Below, one piece after another: positions 43,829 through 53,464 of a stretch of DNA of 64,000 nucleotides (the stretch's first letter is position 1; each line of letters opens with the position of its first letter). A program made the position numbers and the translations under genes. The DNA is from Opitutales bacterium (GTDB taxonomy: Bacteria; Verrucomicrobiota; Verrucomicrobiia; Opitutales; PNEW01): NCBI GenBank assembly GCA_965197745.1, contig CBDANS010000006.1, positions 640,001 through 704,000 of the forward strand, in the 5' to 3' direction. Under the pieces are notes generated by a model. That model was not told the DNA's origin. It was given only the letters and a program-made list of their open reading frames with translations, and did not search any database.

Positions 43829-44461
43829 ATGAGCCTCGACATAGAAAAACTAAAGCTATTGTCCGAACACTATGCGCATACGTTCGATTTTTTGCAGACC
43901 CATATCTCTAAACGAGATCGGTTGTTTCTAGCCCTGCTGGTGTTGGTTGCTCTACTTCTGTTCCAGCTATATACCCCGGACATATCTTCCAAAGTAGTGA
44001 GCCAGCTGGCTACCAACCAGCTCGGTTTAACAACGCCTTTAGACTTCCTATACGTACAAAGCATAATTTGGTTCGTTTTGCTGGCGGTCGTTGTTAAGTA
44101 TTTTCAAGCGGTAGTATTTATTGAGCGCCAGTACGGATACCTCCACTCGTTGGAGCGCACGCTGAACAACGAGTACGGCGGAACAGCGTTTACACGCGAA
44201 GGTGAATCTTATCTAAAAAAATACCCCGCATTTCTAAGTTGGGCATCCTTCCTCTATACAGTTCTTTTTCCTGTAATTCTAGTAATTGTGTCAACCGGCA
44301 AGATAATTTCTGAGCACCAGCGTGTTGATTGTTTCGAAATTCTGCTTTGGTTCAATACCGTAGTCTACCTGCTAATCGTTGTGTCCATCGGTCTGTATCT
44401 ATATGTCATCCACCGAAAAGACAAAGGCGCACATAACAATGCAATCACCTCGGACGCTTGA
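43829..44461 (+). CDS. Four-TM membrane protein, operonic with the TIR gene
   Basis: 4-bp gap after the TIR stop; four hydrophobic segments. Confidence 0.8.
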   Translation: MSLDIEKLKLLSEHYAHTFDFLQTHISKRDRLFLALLVLVALLLFQLYTPDISSKVVSQLATNQLGLTTPLDFLYVQSIIWFVLLAVVVKYFQAVVFIERQYGYLHSLERTLNNEYGGTAFTREGESYLKKYPAFLSWASFLYTVLFPVILVIVSTGKIISEHQRVDCFEILLWFNTVVYLLIVVSIGLYLYVIHRKDKGAHNNAITSDA

Positions 44462-44527
44462 CAGCACCCTTCCGTCGCTGCCGCTCCGGTCAGTCGTCGT
44501 CAAGCGCCTGATATCGCTGCGTTCGCC
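44431..44527 (+). other. attC-like integron recombination site
   Basis: R'' ACATAAC (44431-37), inner IR CGCTTGAC/GTCAAGCG, R' GTTCGCC (44521-27); ~97 bp. Confidence 0.65.
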
Positions 44528-44871
44528 GGAGTGGTGATCTATGACTTCTAAGAGACCGAATGTTGTCGTTTTGATATGGCATGATCCGGGTGACTGGTTG
44601 GATTGCTAGGAGTCATTACACCTGCAACATCCACCATTTGATGTATACCTTTAATCCTTTTCACCAATACATCACTTATCGGATCCAACATCATACTTAA
44701 TCTATCCAAAAAACTATTACATCTAACTTACACACTACTATACATTATATATAAGTACTCTGCATATAACGCTTTCTTTCAAATTATAGCAGCTAACATA
44801 GTAATGCATCCATTTAGAACTCAACATGATAAAAATATTAAATATCTTAACGGACATAAAAAAATAAAGAT

Positions 44872-45597
44872 TTAAGAAAATTTCACAATCCAGCTATACA
44901 CAGTGTCGTATTTTAAATTCACACTCCTAGCAATGGCTGCAATATTCTTGTTCTGTTTATACCGTTCTAAGACTATTGGCAAATACATCTGTCTTTCCCT
45001 TTTTTTGTATCCAGGATCACATTTCTTAGGACGACCACCTGGATTGCCTTTTGATTTCTTACCTCGCTTAGTCTCATAAGATCTTATCTCCTCTGGGGTG
45101 GCATCAGGATTAATTAAGGTCGCAAGCTCCACACCATCTGTTTCAAGCTGTAATCGATTATAATCTGCAACGGTGGGCTTCGCATTCCAGTTTGTCACAC
45201 TGTTGTAATCCCTGCTTCGAATAAATCGCGTTACAGATTCCGCGACTACAATAGCCTTTTTTTCGCGAGCAATTTTTGCGGCAAGCGCAAGACGTTCGCG
45301 ATCTCCCTTCCAGCCAGCCCCAACTTCTCCAAGGGATTCAATTACATTAAATCCCAGCTTCTCTAACTCACGCTCTAAATTCTTACCCTGATCGCTGAGG
45401 TTTTGAGAACGTTCTTGATCGCTCGCAGAGACCCGGCAGTAAATAACCACCCGTTGACCTCGTTTTAGTCTCCTAATGTCACTTATGTAGTCACTGGCAA
45501 TACCTGTCTTATCAGCACCCGGTTCAAATAGCTCTGGATCCCTTTTCCTAAGACTTTCCTTTGCTGAAGCAACTTTATGATTGCTCTTTTTATTCAT
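44872..45597 (-). CDS. Divergent serine recombinase with C-terminal HTH
   Basis: IYCRVS..DQ, ESVTRFIRS, GGRP, HTH-like tail. Confidence 0.8.
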   Translation of the reverse strand: MNKKSNHKVASAKESLRKRDPELFEPGADKTGIASDYISDIRRLKRGQRVVIYCRVSASDQERSQNLSDQGKNLERELEKLGFNVIESLGEVGAGWKGDRERLALAAKIAREKKAIVVAESVTRFIRSRDYNSVTNWNAKPTVADYNRLQLETDGVELATLINPDATPEEIRSYETKRGKKSKGNPGGRPKKCDPGYKKRERQMYLPIVLERYKQNKNIAAIARSVNLKYDTVYSWIVKFS

Positions 45598-45770
45598 TTC
45601 TCGTGCAGGTAACTCCCGATTTAAAGATTTGGGACATGCAGATCGGGAGACGTAACTTTTCGTCCCGTCAGTTTAGTCCCATATTTATTATCTTTATTTA
45701 CTATATAAACTGCTTAGATTTTAAGAGTGGCTTGTTTATTAAACAGATATTTACTTAAACCGCTTATAAC

Positions 45771-46391
45771 ATGCTGGTCCTGTGTTACCCCGGCGAAACT
45801 ATGGGCTACGGCATGTGGTCAACTGGGATGAGTCTCTATCGCAATAATCTCTATTCCACTGAAGGTAGAACGGGAGGCATGGATCACAAAGTGTGGGGCA
45901 TGCTGACTCTGGCGGGGAAATCAATCGATGAATCGATAGAACTGGTGAATCGCTTTGGTATACCGGGCAGCGGGAATAGCCTGATCATGGACGACGCAGG
46001 CAACAGCGCCTCCATAGAATGGAATGCCGGAGGCATCAATGTCCTCCATGCCGAGGACGGTATTTGCACGCATGCCAATCACCCGATCGGTCCTGAAACC
46101 AGTCAATACCTTGGAGTGGATGGCACGGAGTTGCGTTGCTCGGAGTACCGCACTTTCGGCTTGCGGAAAAAGTTGAAGGCAGAACAAGGACGCCTGACCC
46201 CTCAACTTGCTTTTTCAATTTTATGCGATCATACGGACTTTCCAAATGGAGGAATCTGCCGGCACCGGGACGAAGAAGGATTCACAGACGGTATTACGAC
46301 TGCGGCAGTCATTACTGAACCTACCCGCGGGAAACTGCATGTGGTTCGAGGCAATCCATGCAGTAATTGGCCTGTGACCTACACCTTATAA
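45771..46391 (+). pseudogene. C-terminal fragment of C45-family Ntn-hydrolase/peptidase
   Basis: THANH, ICRH, RGNPC; N-terminal half with nucleophile Cys absent. Confidence 0.65.
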
Positions 46392-46399
46392 TATTTCAT

Positions 46400-48481
46400 A
46401 TGTCTTATCCCCTTAGGGTCATTAGTGCTGTGAGAATTAATCGCCTGGATTATTATAACTTTTGCGTTGTTCACCTGTTGGCTGCTGTCCTCATAGTATC
46501 GTTCGGCTGTTCCAGAAATAACGAAACGAAGACCCCATCCAAAGAAAGCATAAACGAACGGGTTACTGTCAGCACCGAAGGCTTCAGCTTCGTTTACAAG
46601 GGTCCTGTTCCAACGACCTTCAACGAAGCTCCCGAGCTGACAAAAGGTGTTGAAGCGGGGCAATTACCACCAGTCGAAGAACGTATACCTGAAGAACCAT
46701 TGATTGTCCCTACGATCGAGCGGATCGGACAATACGGTGGGACCTGGAGACGTGGATTCACGGGTCCCATGGATCGCCAAACGATCGATCGAATCCTGCA
46801 CGATCATTTGATATACTATGACTTTGATGGCCACACCTTGGTCCCTCACATCGCAAAAGGTTGGGAAATCAGTGAAGACGGGACCACCTTTACCTTTCAT
46901 TTACGCAAAGGCATGAAATGGTCTGATGGTATGCCATTCACCGCTGATGATTTTGTTTTCGCCTACGAAGAGATAACCTCAAACGACGAACTCAACCTGA
47001 GTAAACCCAGTTACCTGAAAGCGGATGGAGAATTATGTCGCATGAAGAAGATCGATGATCACACCGTAGCATACACTTTTTCTATTCCCAATTTCGTATT
47101 TATCGAGAACGTCGCAAGTCTGGCTGCAGGTGGCCAATCCTTTCGCCGATGGGCAGGGCCCTTGTACGCGCCCCGTCATTATTTAATGCAGTTTCTGCCA
47201 AAATACGCTGATCAGGATGAACTGAAGCGTAAAGTTAAAGCCGCCGGTTTAGAAAACTGGGGTCAGCTATTCCAACGCATGTGCGCGGTTCCCGAAAATC
47301 CGGATTTACCCGTTGTCGGACCGTGGAAAACGGTCTCTCCTATCACCGGCGAATTATTTACTCTCGAACGCAACCCCTACTACTTCGCTCTCGATCCAAT
47401 GGGGAACCAGTTACCCTATATCGATAAAATAGCGATGCATTTGGTTGAGGATATTGAAGCTTTTAACACCAGGGTCATTGCCGGTGAAGTCGATATGCAA
47501 CATCGCCATATTCGTATCGATAAAGTGCCTGTATTAATGCGGGAGTCAAAAAGAGGGAATTACCGAGTCCTTTTCTGGCCTGCCCTGGGAGGGTCTGAAG
47601 CGGCCATTTTTTTTAACCAGACTTGGGAGAGTGATCCTGAAATTGAAAAATGGATACGCAACCGTAACTTTCGCATTGCTCTCTCACTTGCTATCGACCG
47701 TGAAGAAATAAAAGAATCTATATTTTTAGGAATTGGCCAGCCACGAGCGTTTGTCACACTCCCCGATAATCCCTACTACCCGGGACCGGAATACGAAAAT
47801 AAGTACGCAGTGCGCGATCTGAAGAAAGCCAACGCTCTATTAGATCAAATCGGTTTGGACAAAAAGAATAAAGATGGATACCGTTTACGCACGGATTCTG
47901 ATAACCCTCTGACTATTACCCTCGCACTTCCAACCCGAACATTTCTGAACTTCGAGGGCATTGCTGAACTTGTCGTAAATTACTTTAATGCTGTCGGTAT
48001 AAATCTTCATTTACAGGTTGAAGAGCGCAGTCTGTTTTCAAAGCGAAGGGGTAAAAATGAACACCAGCTTTTGATGTGGGGGACAGGTGGCAGCGAAAAT
48101 CCCTGGATCTACCCGGATATACCCTTCCCACTAACACGAGGTTCAGCGTTCGCATCGCTCGTCGGAAATTGGTATGAATCGGATGGTCGAAACGGCATTT
48201 CGCCCTACGATAATTTTAAACGGATGATTGAAATATTTGAACAGGGCAACCAACTTCCAAAAGCTGAGCGTATTGAGCTGGGCAAGGAGCTGTGGCGCAT
48301 TCATGCTGACAATGTCTATGCCATCGGCACCGTGGGAAACTCCCCAGCCTGGAACGGCGTGGTCGTAGTAAAGAATCATTTCCGAAATGTCCCCGATGTC
48401 GCGCCCAATAGCGCTGCCTTGCAGAACCCCGGCATTGCCCGGACCGAACAGTTCTTTTTTGATAAGAGAGAAGAAGAATAA
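46400..48481 (+). CDS. ABC transporter solute-binding protein, family 5 (lipoprotein)
   Basis: SFGC lipobox; LPPVEERIP, FHLRKGMKWSDG.PFTADD, GNQLPYID. Confidence 0.92.
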   Translation: MSYPLRVISAVRINRLDYYNFCVVHLLAAVLIVSFGCSRNNETKTPSKESINERVTVSTEGFSFVYKGPVPTTFNEAPELTKGVEAGQLPPVEERIPEEPLIVPTIERIGQYGGTWRRGFTGPMDRQTIDRILHDHLIYYDFDGHTLVPHIAKGWEISEDGTTFTFHLRKGMKWSDGMPFTADDFVFAYEEITSNDELNLSKPSYLKADGELCRMKKIDDHTVAYTFSIPNFVFIENVASLAAGGQSFRRWAGPLYAPRHYLMQFLPKYADQDELKRKVKAAGLENWGQLFQRMCAVPENPDLPVVGPWKTVSPITGELFTLERNPYYFALDPMGNQLPYIDKIAMHLVEDIEAFNTRVIAGEVDMQHRHIRIDKVPVLMRESKRGNYRVLFWPALGGSEAAIFFNQTWESDPEIEKWIRNRNFRIALSLAIDREEIKESIFLGIGQPRAFVTLPDNPYYPGPEYENKYAVRDLKKANALLDQIGLDKKNKDGYRLRTDSDNPLTITLALPTRTFLNFEGIAELVVNYFNAVGINLHLQVEERSLFSKRRGKNEHQLLMWGTGGSENPWIYPDIPFPLTRGSAFASLVGNWYESDGRNGISPYDNFKRMIEIFEQGNQLPKAERIELGKELWRIHADNVYAIGTVGNSPAWNGVVVVKNHFRNVPDVAPNSAALQNPGIARTEQFFFDKREEE

Positions 48482-48499
48482 ATGCTACCGATCTACTCC

Positions 48500-48945
48500 C
48501 AATAACTTCGTCTGCGCTTGCCATTTCGTAGACTACTGGCGAGGACAGGTCTGCTTCTTCGTCTTCGTCTGGAAAATAATATTAATATAATGGTTAATAT
48601 ATTTAGGAGATAGACGAAGATGCAGACGAGGACGAAGATTTAATGCCTATCGTATAGATGAATATTTCTAACAAATTAATGGAGGGACGCGCGGTTGCCT
48701 GTCGGCCATAGCTCCGCTTCTGCGAGGCGACGGCTGATCGCGTCCGTGGGTTGTCCATGAATGCCGTACCCCAATACGGCCATGACGGAGCATGGCCCTC
48801 CAAGAAATCATCATAGCCAGGTGGAACACAGTACCTGCCAGCCATAGTCCCGCCATTGCGGGACGACGGCTGGTCCCTACCGCGTTTTATTACGTCATAA
48901 TCGAAGAAGCGTGCTGAGACAGCCCGCTCCACCTCGGGTTCCAAG
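48500..48945. repeat. Intergenic cluster of REP-like palindromes and GACGA(A/G) hexamer repeats
   Basis: GGAGGGACGCGC.../...CATGGCCCTCC and GGTGGAAC.../...CCCGCTCCACC pairs, also seen at 8.6-8.9, 10.4 and 61.5-61.8 kb. Confidence 0.75.
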
Positions 48946-49095
48946 ATGCAAGATATAAAATAGTCAATATATCAACCAGGGGGCACAGACGAAGATTATT
49001 GCCTAACCAACTTAAGCTGATAACTAATAATGGCTTTATAAATTTTATTAACCCAAAACCCGTAGCGGCTAAATAAATCTGATAGGATAAAAGTC

Positions 49096-51141
49096 ATGGA
49101 TACCAAGAAAACCGGATGTTATAAAATGCTGGTCATACTCTTTATAGCTATAACCACGACATTAACTTTGGGTTGTTCCAGGAGCAGTGACTCCACGGCT
49201 TTATCCGTTACAGATAACCCTGAACAGACAAGGGTTGACACCGATAAATTCAGCTTCGTTTACAACGGCCCGAAACCTGCGGAATACCATGAAGCGCCCG
49301 AACTGGCGAAACTTGTCAGTGAAGGAAAGTTACCGCCGGTCGAAGATCGATTACCGGAAGAACCATTGATCGTCCCACCGATCGAGCGCATCGGACAATA
49401 CGGTGGCACCTGGCGACGCGGATTCACGGGACGCGCGGATGTTCAGAATTTTCAGCGAATACAACATGATCACTTACTCTACTATGATCTGGACGGGCAA
49501 ACAATGGTACCACATATCGCAAAAGGATGGGAGGTGAGCGATGACGGGACTACCTTCACCTTCCATCTGCGCAAGGGTATGAAATGGTCCGACGGCGCAC
49601 CGTTCACCGCTGATGACTTTGCTTTCGCTTTCGAAGACGTGACTAAAAATGAAATTATAAACGCAGTCATAAGCTATTGGTTTCAAGCGGATGGGCAAAT
49701 ATGCCAATTTGAAAAAATCGATGACTACACGGTTCGTTACACCTTTCATAAACCTAACTTCGTGTTCATCGAGAGAATCGCTTCGTATACAATAGGGGGA
49801 CAAAGTTCTAAAGGCTGGATATGTCCCCTCTATGCTCCCGCGCATTACATGAAGCAGTTTCACCCGAAATACACGCCTGTGAGTGAACTGAATAAAATAG
49901 CTGAAGAAGAAGGAATTGAGGCTGCAAATTGGCAGTTATTATTTAAATGCAAAGCGGTGTTTACCGACAACCCCGAGCTGCCAATTGTCGGGCCATGGAA
50001 GCCGGTTACCCTGATCACCGGCGATGTGTTTTTACTGGTGCGCAATCCCTATTACTTTGCTGTCGATCCCAATGGAAACCAGCTCCCCTATATCGACAGG
50101 ATCAGGGGCCAACTGGTTGAGGATCTGGAGGTATTTAACGCGCGGGTTATTGCCGGTGAGATTGATATGCAGCACCGTCATGTCCTCATCGACAAAGTCC
50201 CTGTGCTCAAGTTCAACCAGGTTAAAGGGAACTACCGTATTCTCTTCTGGCCCAATCTGGGAGGATCAGAGGCAGCGATATTCATAAATCAAAGCTGGGA
50301 GGGGGATCTGGAAATTGAAAAGTGGCTAAGAAATCGCGATTTTCGCATTGCCCTCTCGCTGGCCATCGACCGTGAGGAGATTAACGAGTCGGTATTCCTG
50401 GGTATTGGCAAGCCAAGGGCTTTTGTTCCGCTGCCTGATAATATGTATTATCCCGGTCCGGAATTTGAGAAAAAACACGCGGTGCGCGACCTGGATAAAG
50501 CCAATGAGATCCTGGACACACTCGGCCTGAGTAATAGAGATAATGATGGGTATCGCCTGCGCACAGACAGTAAAGAAAGACTGATCATTACTTTATCAGT
50601 GACCAAGGGTGCGTTTGTAAACTTTGAGTGTGTGGCAGAACTTCTGGTTAACCACTGGAAGGCCATCGGGCTAAATATACATTTATATGTTGAGGAGCGC
50701 AGTTTTTTTTCGCGGCGTACTACGACTAATAAACACCAGATGAACATGTGGGTTACGGGCGGGTCAGAGAACCCGTGGACTTATCCTCTTTTCACCCTTC
50801 CTGCTGAGGGGTCTCGTTTCGCGCCTTATGTCGGATTATGGTATAGTAATAAAGGAGAAAAGGGTGTGGCCCCGACCGGTGATTTAATTCGGATGCTGGA
50901 GATTTTTAAAGAAGGCAGCAGTCTCCCTCAAATTATGAGAACCGATATTGGTAAAGAGCTTTGGCGCATTCATAGTGATAACCTGTATGTTATTGGTACT
51001 GTCGGACAATCGCCGGCGAATAATGGTATTGTCGTGGTTAAGAATAACTTCCGTAATATTCCTGATATTGCTCCCAACAGCGCGACACTGCAGACCCCGG
51101 GTATCGCACGCCCGGATCAATTCTTTTTTGATCGTAACTAA
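49096..51141 (+). CDS. ABC transporter solute-binding protein, family 5 (paralog of the upstream gene)
   Basis: TLGC lipobox; same motifs, colinear with 46400..48481. Confidence 0.93.
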   Translation: MDTKKTGCYKMLVILFIAITTTLTLGCSRSSDSTALSVTDNPEQTRVDTDKFSFVYNGPKPAEYHEAPELAKLVSEGKLPPVEDRLPEEPLIVPPIERIGQYGGTWRRGFTGRADVQNFQRIQHDHLLYYDLDGQTMVPHIAKGWEVSDDGTTFTFHLRKGMKWSDGAPFTADDFAFAFEDVTKNEIINAVISYWFQADGQICQFEKIDDYTVRYTFHKPNFVFIERIASYTIGGQSSKGWICPLYAPAHYMKQFHPKYTPVSELNKIAEEEGIEAANWQLLFKCKAVFTDNPELPIVGPWKPVTLITGDVFLLVRNPYYFAVDPNGNQLPYIDRIRGQLVEDLEVFNARVIAGEIDMQHRHVLIDKVPVLKFNQVKGNYRILFWPNLGGSEAAIFINQSWEGDLEIEKWLRNRDFRIALSLAIDREEINESVFLGIGKPRAFVPLPDNMYYPGPEFEKKHAVRDLDKANEILDTLGLSNRDNDGYRLRTDSKERLIITLSVTKGAFVNFECVAELLVNHWKAIGLNIHLYVEERSFFSRRTTTNKHQMNMWVTGGSENPWTYPLFTLPAEGSRFAPYVGLWYSNKGEKGVAPTGDLIRMLEIFKEGSSLPQIMRTDIGKELWRIHSDNLYVIGTVGQSPANNGIVVVKNNFRNIPDIAPNSATLQTPGIARPDQFFFDRN

Positions 51142-51428
51142 TAGGAGTGAGAAGATTTACTGAATGCTGCAAGCGCCCGTGAAGCACGAGATTGCAAAAC
51201 GCGTGAGGGATCTGTCGGAAATTTATTAATATTCATTATTCTTCTTCCCCGGGCTTGAAATATGGCTTATCCCCGATTAAGTGCCATTTTATCAGCGATT
51301 TCGCGCTGAACAACCTATCGTAGAAGAAGCTCAAGAGATTGATATTGCTTCGTTCTACAGTTTAGTAATAAATTGCAAAAGTGCTATTGAATATTTTCCG
51401 TTAAGAAAGATACAAAAGGATTAAGAAC

Positions 51429-52310
51429 ATGAAAAATGCCACGATACCAAATATCGACCCTGAAGAACTAATCGATTTCATGAACGTCGATGAGACGGAT
51501 TTCGATTCGTTAAACCTTGCACAGCGTATCCGCCATTTAGAGGTAGAAGGCTATGTTGTCATGCCCGATATGCTGGATGATGAGCATATCGCAAGACTCA
51601 AGTCAGAACTCGCCGATTTTCCCATGACCCATAAATCCTACAGCGAATATCAAAAAGTCGGGACCTTACAACCTCAGTGGTACAGCAGCGAGGTGGCCAA
51701 GTTGATTGGGCATCCTCCGATGATCGAATTTCTCACCAAAGTGATGGGCCCGGATATAGTATTTACTCGAGGCTTTTATCAGCGGACAACGCCCGGCTCT
51801 CCTGGAATCTCAATGCACACTGACGGCCAGCCATTCGGATCATCCATCTTCGATTTCGAAGGCAGTTCACCTAAATTACTTCGCGTCCTTTATTACCTCG
51901 ATGATCTCATTCCCGAAAGGGCGCCTTTTCGTGTGATCCCGCGCACGCACATTTCTTTCCACGCGCAAGCCAACCCCTATGTGCGCTACAAGTCTCATCC
52001 TGAGGAGGTTACCCTTTGCGTCAGGGCCGGTTCGGCTGTGATCATACCGATCAATCTTTTCCATGGCACACACCCGAATACAGACCCTCACAACCGCGAG
52101 CTCATTCAGTTTGGCTATCGCCCGGCCTGGGCGGGACCGATCAAACCCATGGAAGAGTGGGATCCTGAATTTGTCGGCGCCGCGCCCGATGAGGCCAAAC
52201 CTTATTTGCAAAGCCTCAATACGACCGGTTCTGATTGGCACCAGGAGCATAAGCCAAAGGGAATGAAGAGCGATGCGCCGGGGATCAATCCAAGCCGTTG
52301 GGGCGATTGA
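51429..52310 (+). CDS. Phytanoyl-CoA dioxygenase (PhyH)-family Fe/2OG oxygenase
   Basis: HTD...H facial triad (MHTDG, LFHG). Confidence 0.88.
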   Translation: MKNATIPNIDPEELIDFMNVDETDFDSLNLAQRIRHLEVEGYVVMPDMLDDEHIARLKSELADFPMTHKSYSEYQKVGTLQPQWYSSEVAKLIGHPPMIEFLTKVMGPDIVFTRGFYQRTTPGSPGISMHTDGQPFGSSIFDFEGSSPKLLRVLYYLDDLIPERAPFRVIPRTHISFHAQANPYVRYKSHPEEVTLCVRAGSAVIIPINLFHGTHPNTDPHNRELIQFGYRPAWAGPIKPMEEWDPEFVGAAPDEAKPYLQSLNTTGSDWHQEHKPKGMKSDAPGINPSRWGD

Positions 52311-52390
52311 GAGCGCTGGTGGAATGTTGCCATTTTAAAAACCGAATCCACCCCACACCCGATTCGGCATGACCGCCATACGGTAATAAT

Positions 52391-53317
52391 ATGGAGTTGT
52401 CTGATATTAAAAAAATTGGCGTTGTGGGAAGCGGGACCATGGGTTTTGGCATCGCTATTAACTTTGCTCTCTATGGATACCCGACAACAATAAGCGACAT
52501 GAGTGATGAGATCCTCGCTCAGTCGATGAAAAATATTAAGTCGGCCCTGGATCTCTTTATCGAGTATGAACTGATAGCCCAAGAGCAGGCGGATGACACC
52601 GTAAGCAGAATAACCACGACTACAGATTTGAATGAAGTGGCTTCCAATAGTGACTTCATAACTGAAGCCATTGTCGACAGGTCTAAAGATAAGCGCGAAC
52701 TGTTTAACAAGCTTGATGAACTCTGCCCGCCTCATACTATTTTTGCCAGCAATACCTCCTCCCTCGTTCTCAGTGATTTTGGATCGGATGTTAAACGGCA
52801 GGATAAAATAACGCTGACGCATTATTTCGCGCCTCCGCATATCGTGCCCGGTGTTGAAGTGGCCAAAGGTCCCGGGACCTCAGATGAAACCTTTGAGATA
52901 GTTATGGGGCTGATGAAAAAAGTAAAGCGAGTCCCCATCCGGTTGCTCGAAGAGGAACCTGGTTACCTCATAAACCGAATACAGGCCGTGATGTTCAGGG
53001 AAGCCGCGCGTTTGTGGGCTAAAGGTATGGCGAGCGCTGAAGACATCGAGCTCGCGATAACCTCTACCTTTGGCTTTCGTATGCCGCATGAAGGGCCCTT
53101 CATGCATCACGACCTCGCGGGTATTTGGAAATGGCCCGATGATATACGTTATCCCCCTCCCGATCCCACCGACGAAGTCGCAGCAAAAGTCAGAAAGCAC
53201 CAGGGACCTAATAAAACCTGGTTCGTCGACCCGGAAAAATTTGACGAGGCCGTTGAGAAAAGAGATAGAGAATATATACGTCGGTATAAAGAGTTATACT
53301 GGTCAAAAAAAAGGTAA
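52391..53317 (+). CDS. 3-hydroxyacyl-CoA dehydrogenase family protein
   Basis: GSGTMGFGIA, ASNTSSL, HYFAPP..V..VE, PGYLINR. Confidence 0.93.
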   Translation: MELSDIKKIGVVGSGTMGFGIAINFALYGYPTTISDMSDEILAQSMKNIKSALDLFIEYELIAQEQADDTVSRITTTTDLNEVASNSDFITEAIVDRSKDKRELFNKLDELCPPHTIFASNTSSLVLSDFGSDVKRQDKITLTHYFAPPHIVPGVEVAKGPGTSDETFEIVMGLMKKVKRVPIRLLEEEPGYLINRIQAVMFREAARLWAKGMASAEDIELAITSTFGFRMPHEGPFMHHDLAGIWKWPDDIRYPPPDPTDEVAAKVRKHQGPNKTWFVDPEKFDEAVEKRDREYIRRYKELYWSKKR

Positions 53318-53464
53318 CCCTTGTGCCTTTTCAGTCAGGAGTTTATTTTTGGGTGCCTGTCATATATTTCTCTGCTCAGGCTTTAAAGTTTCGACGAAGC
53401 TTTCGATTTTTTCACACGATCAACTTATACTTTAACCAATAAATCAATTGAAGAAACCAAGTTC

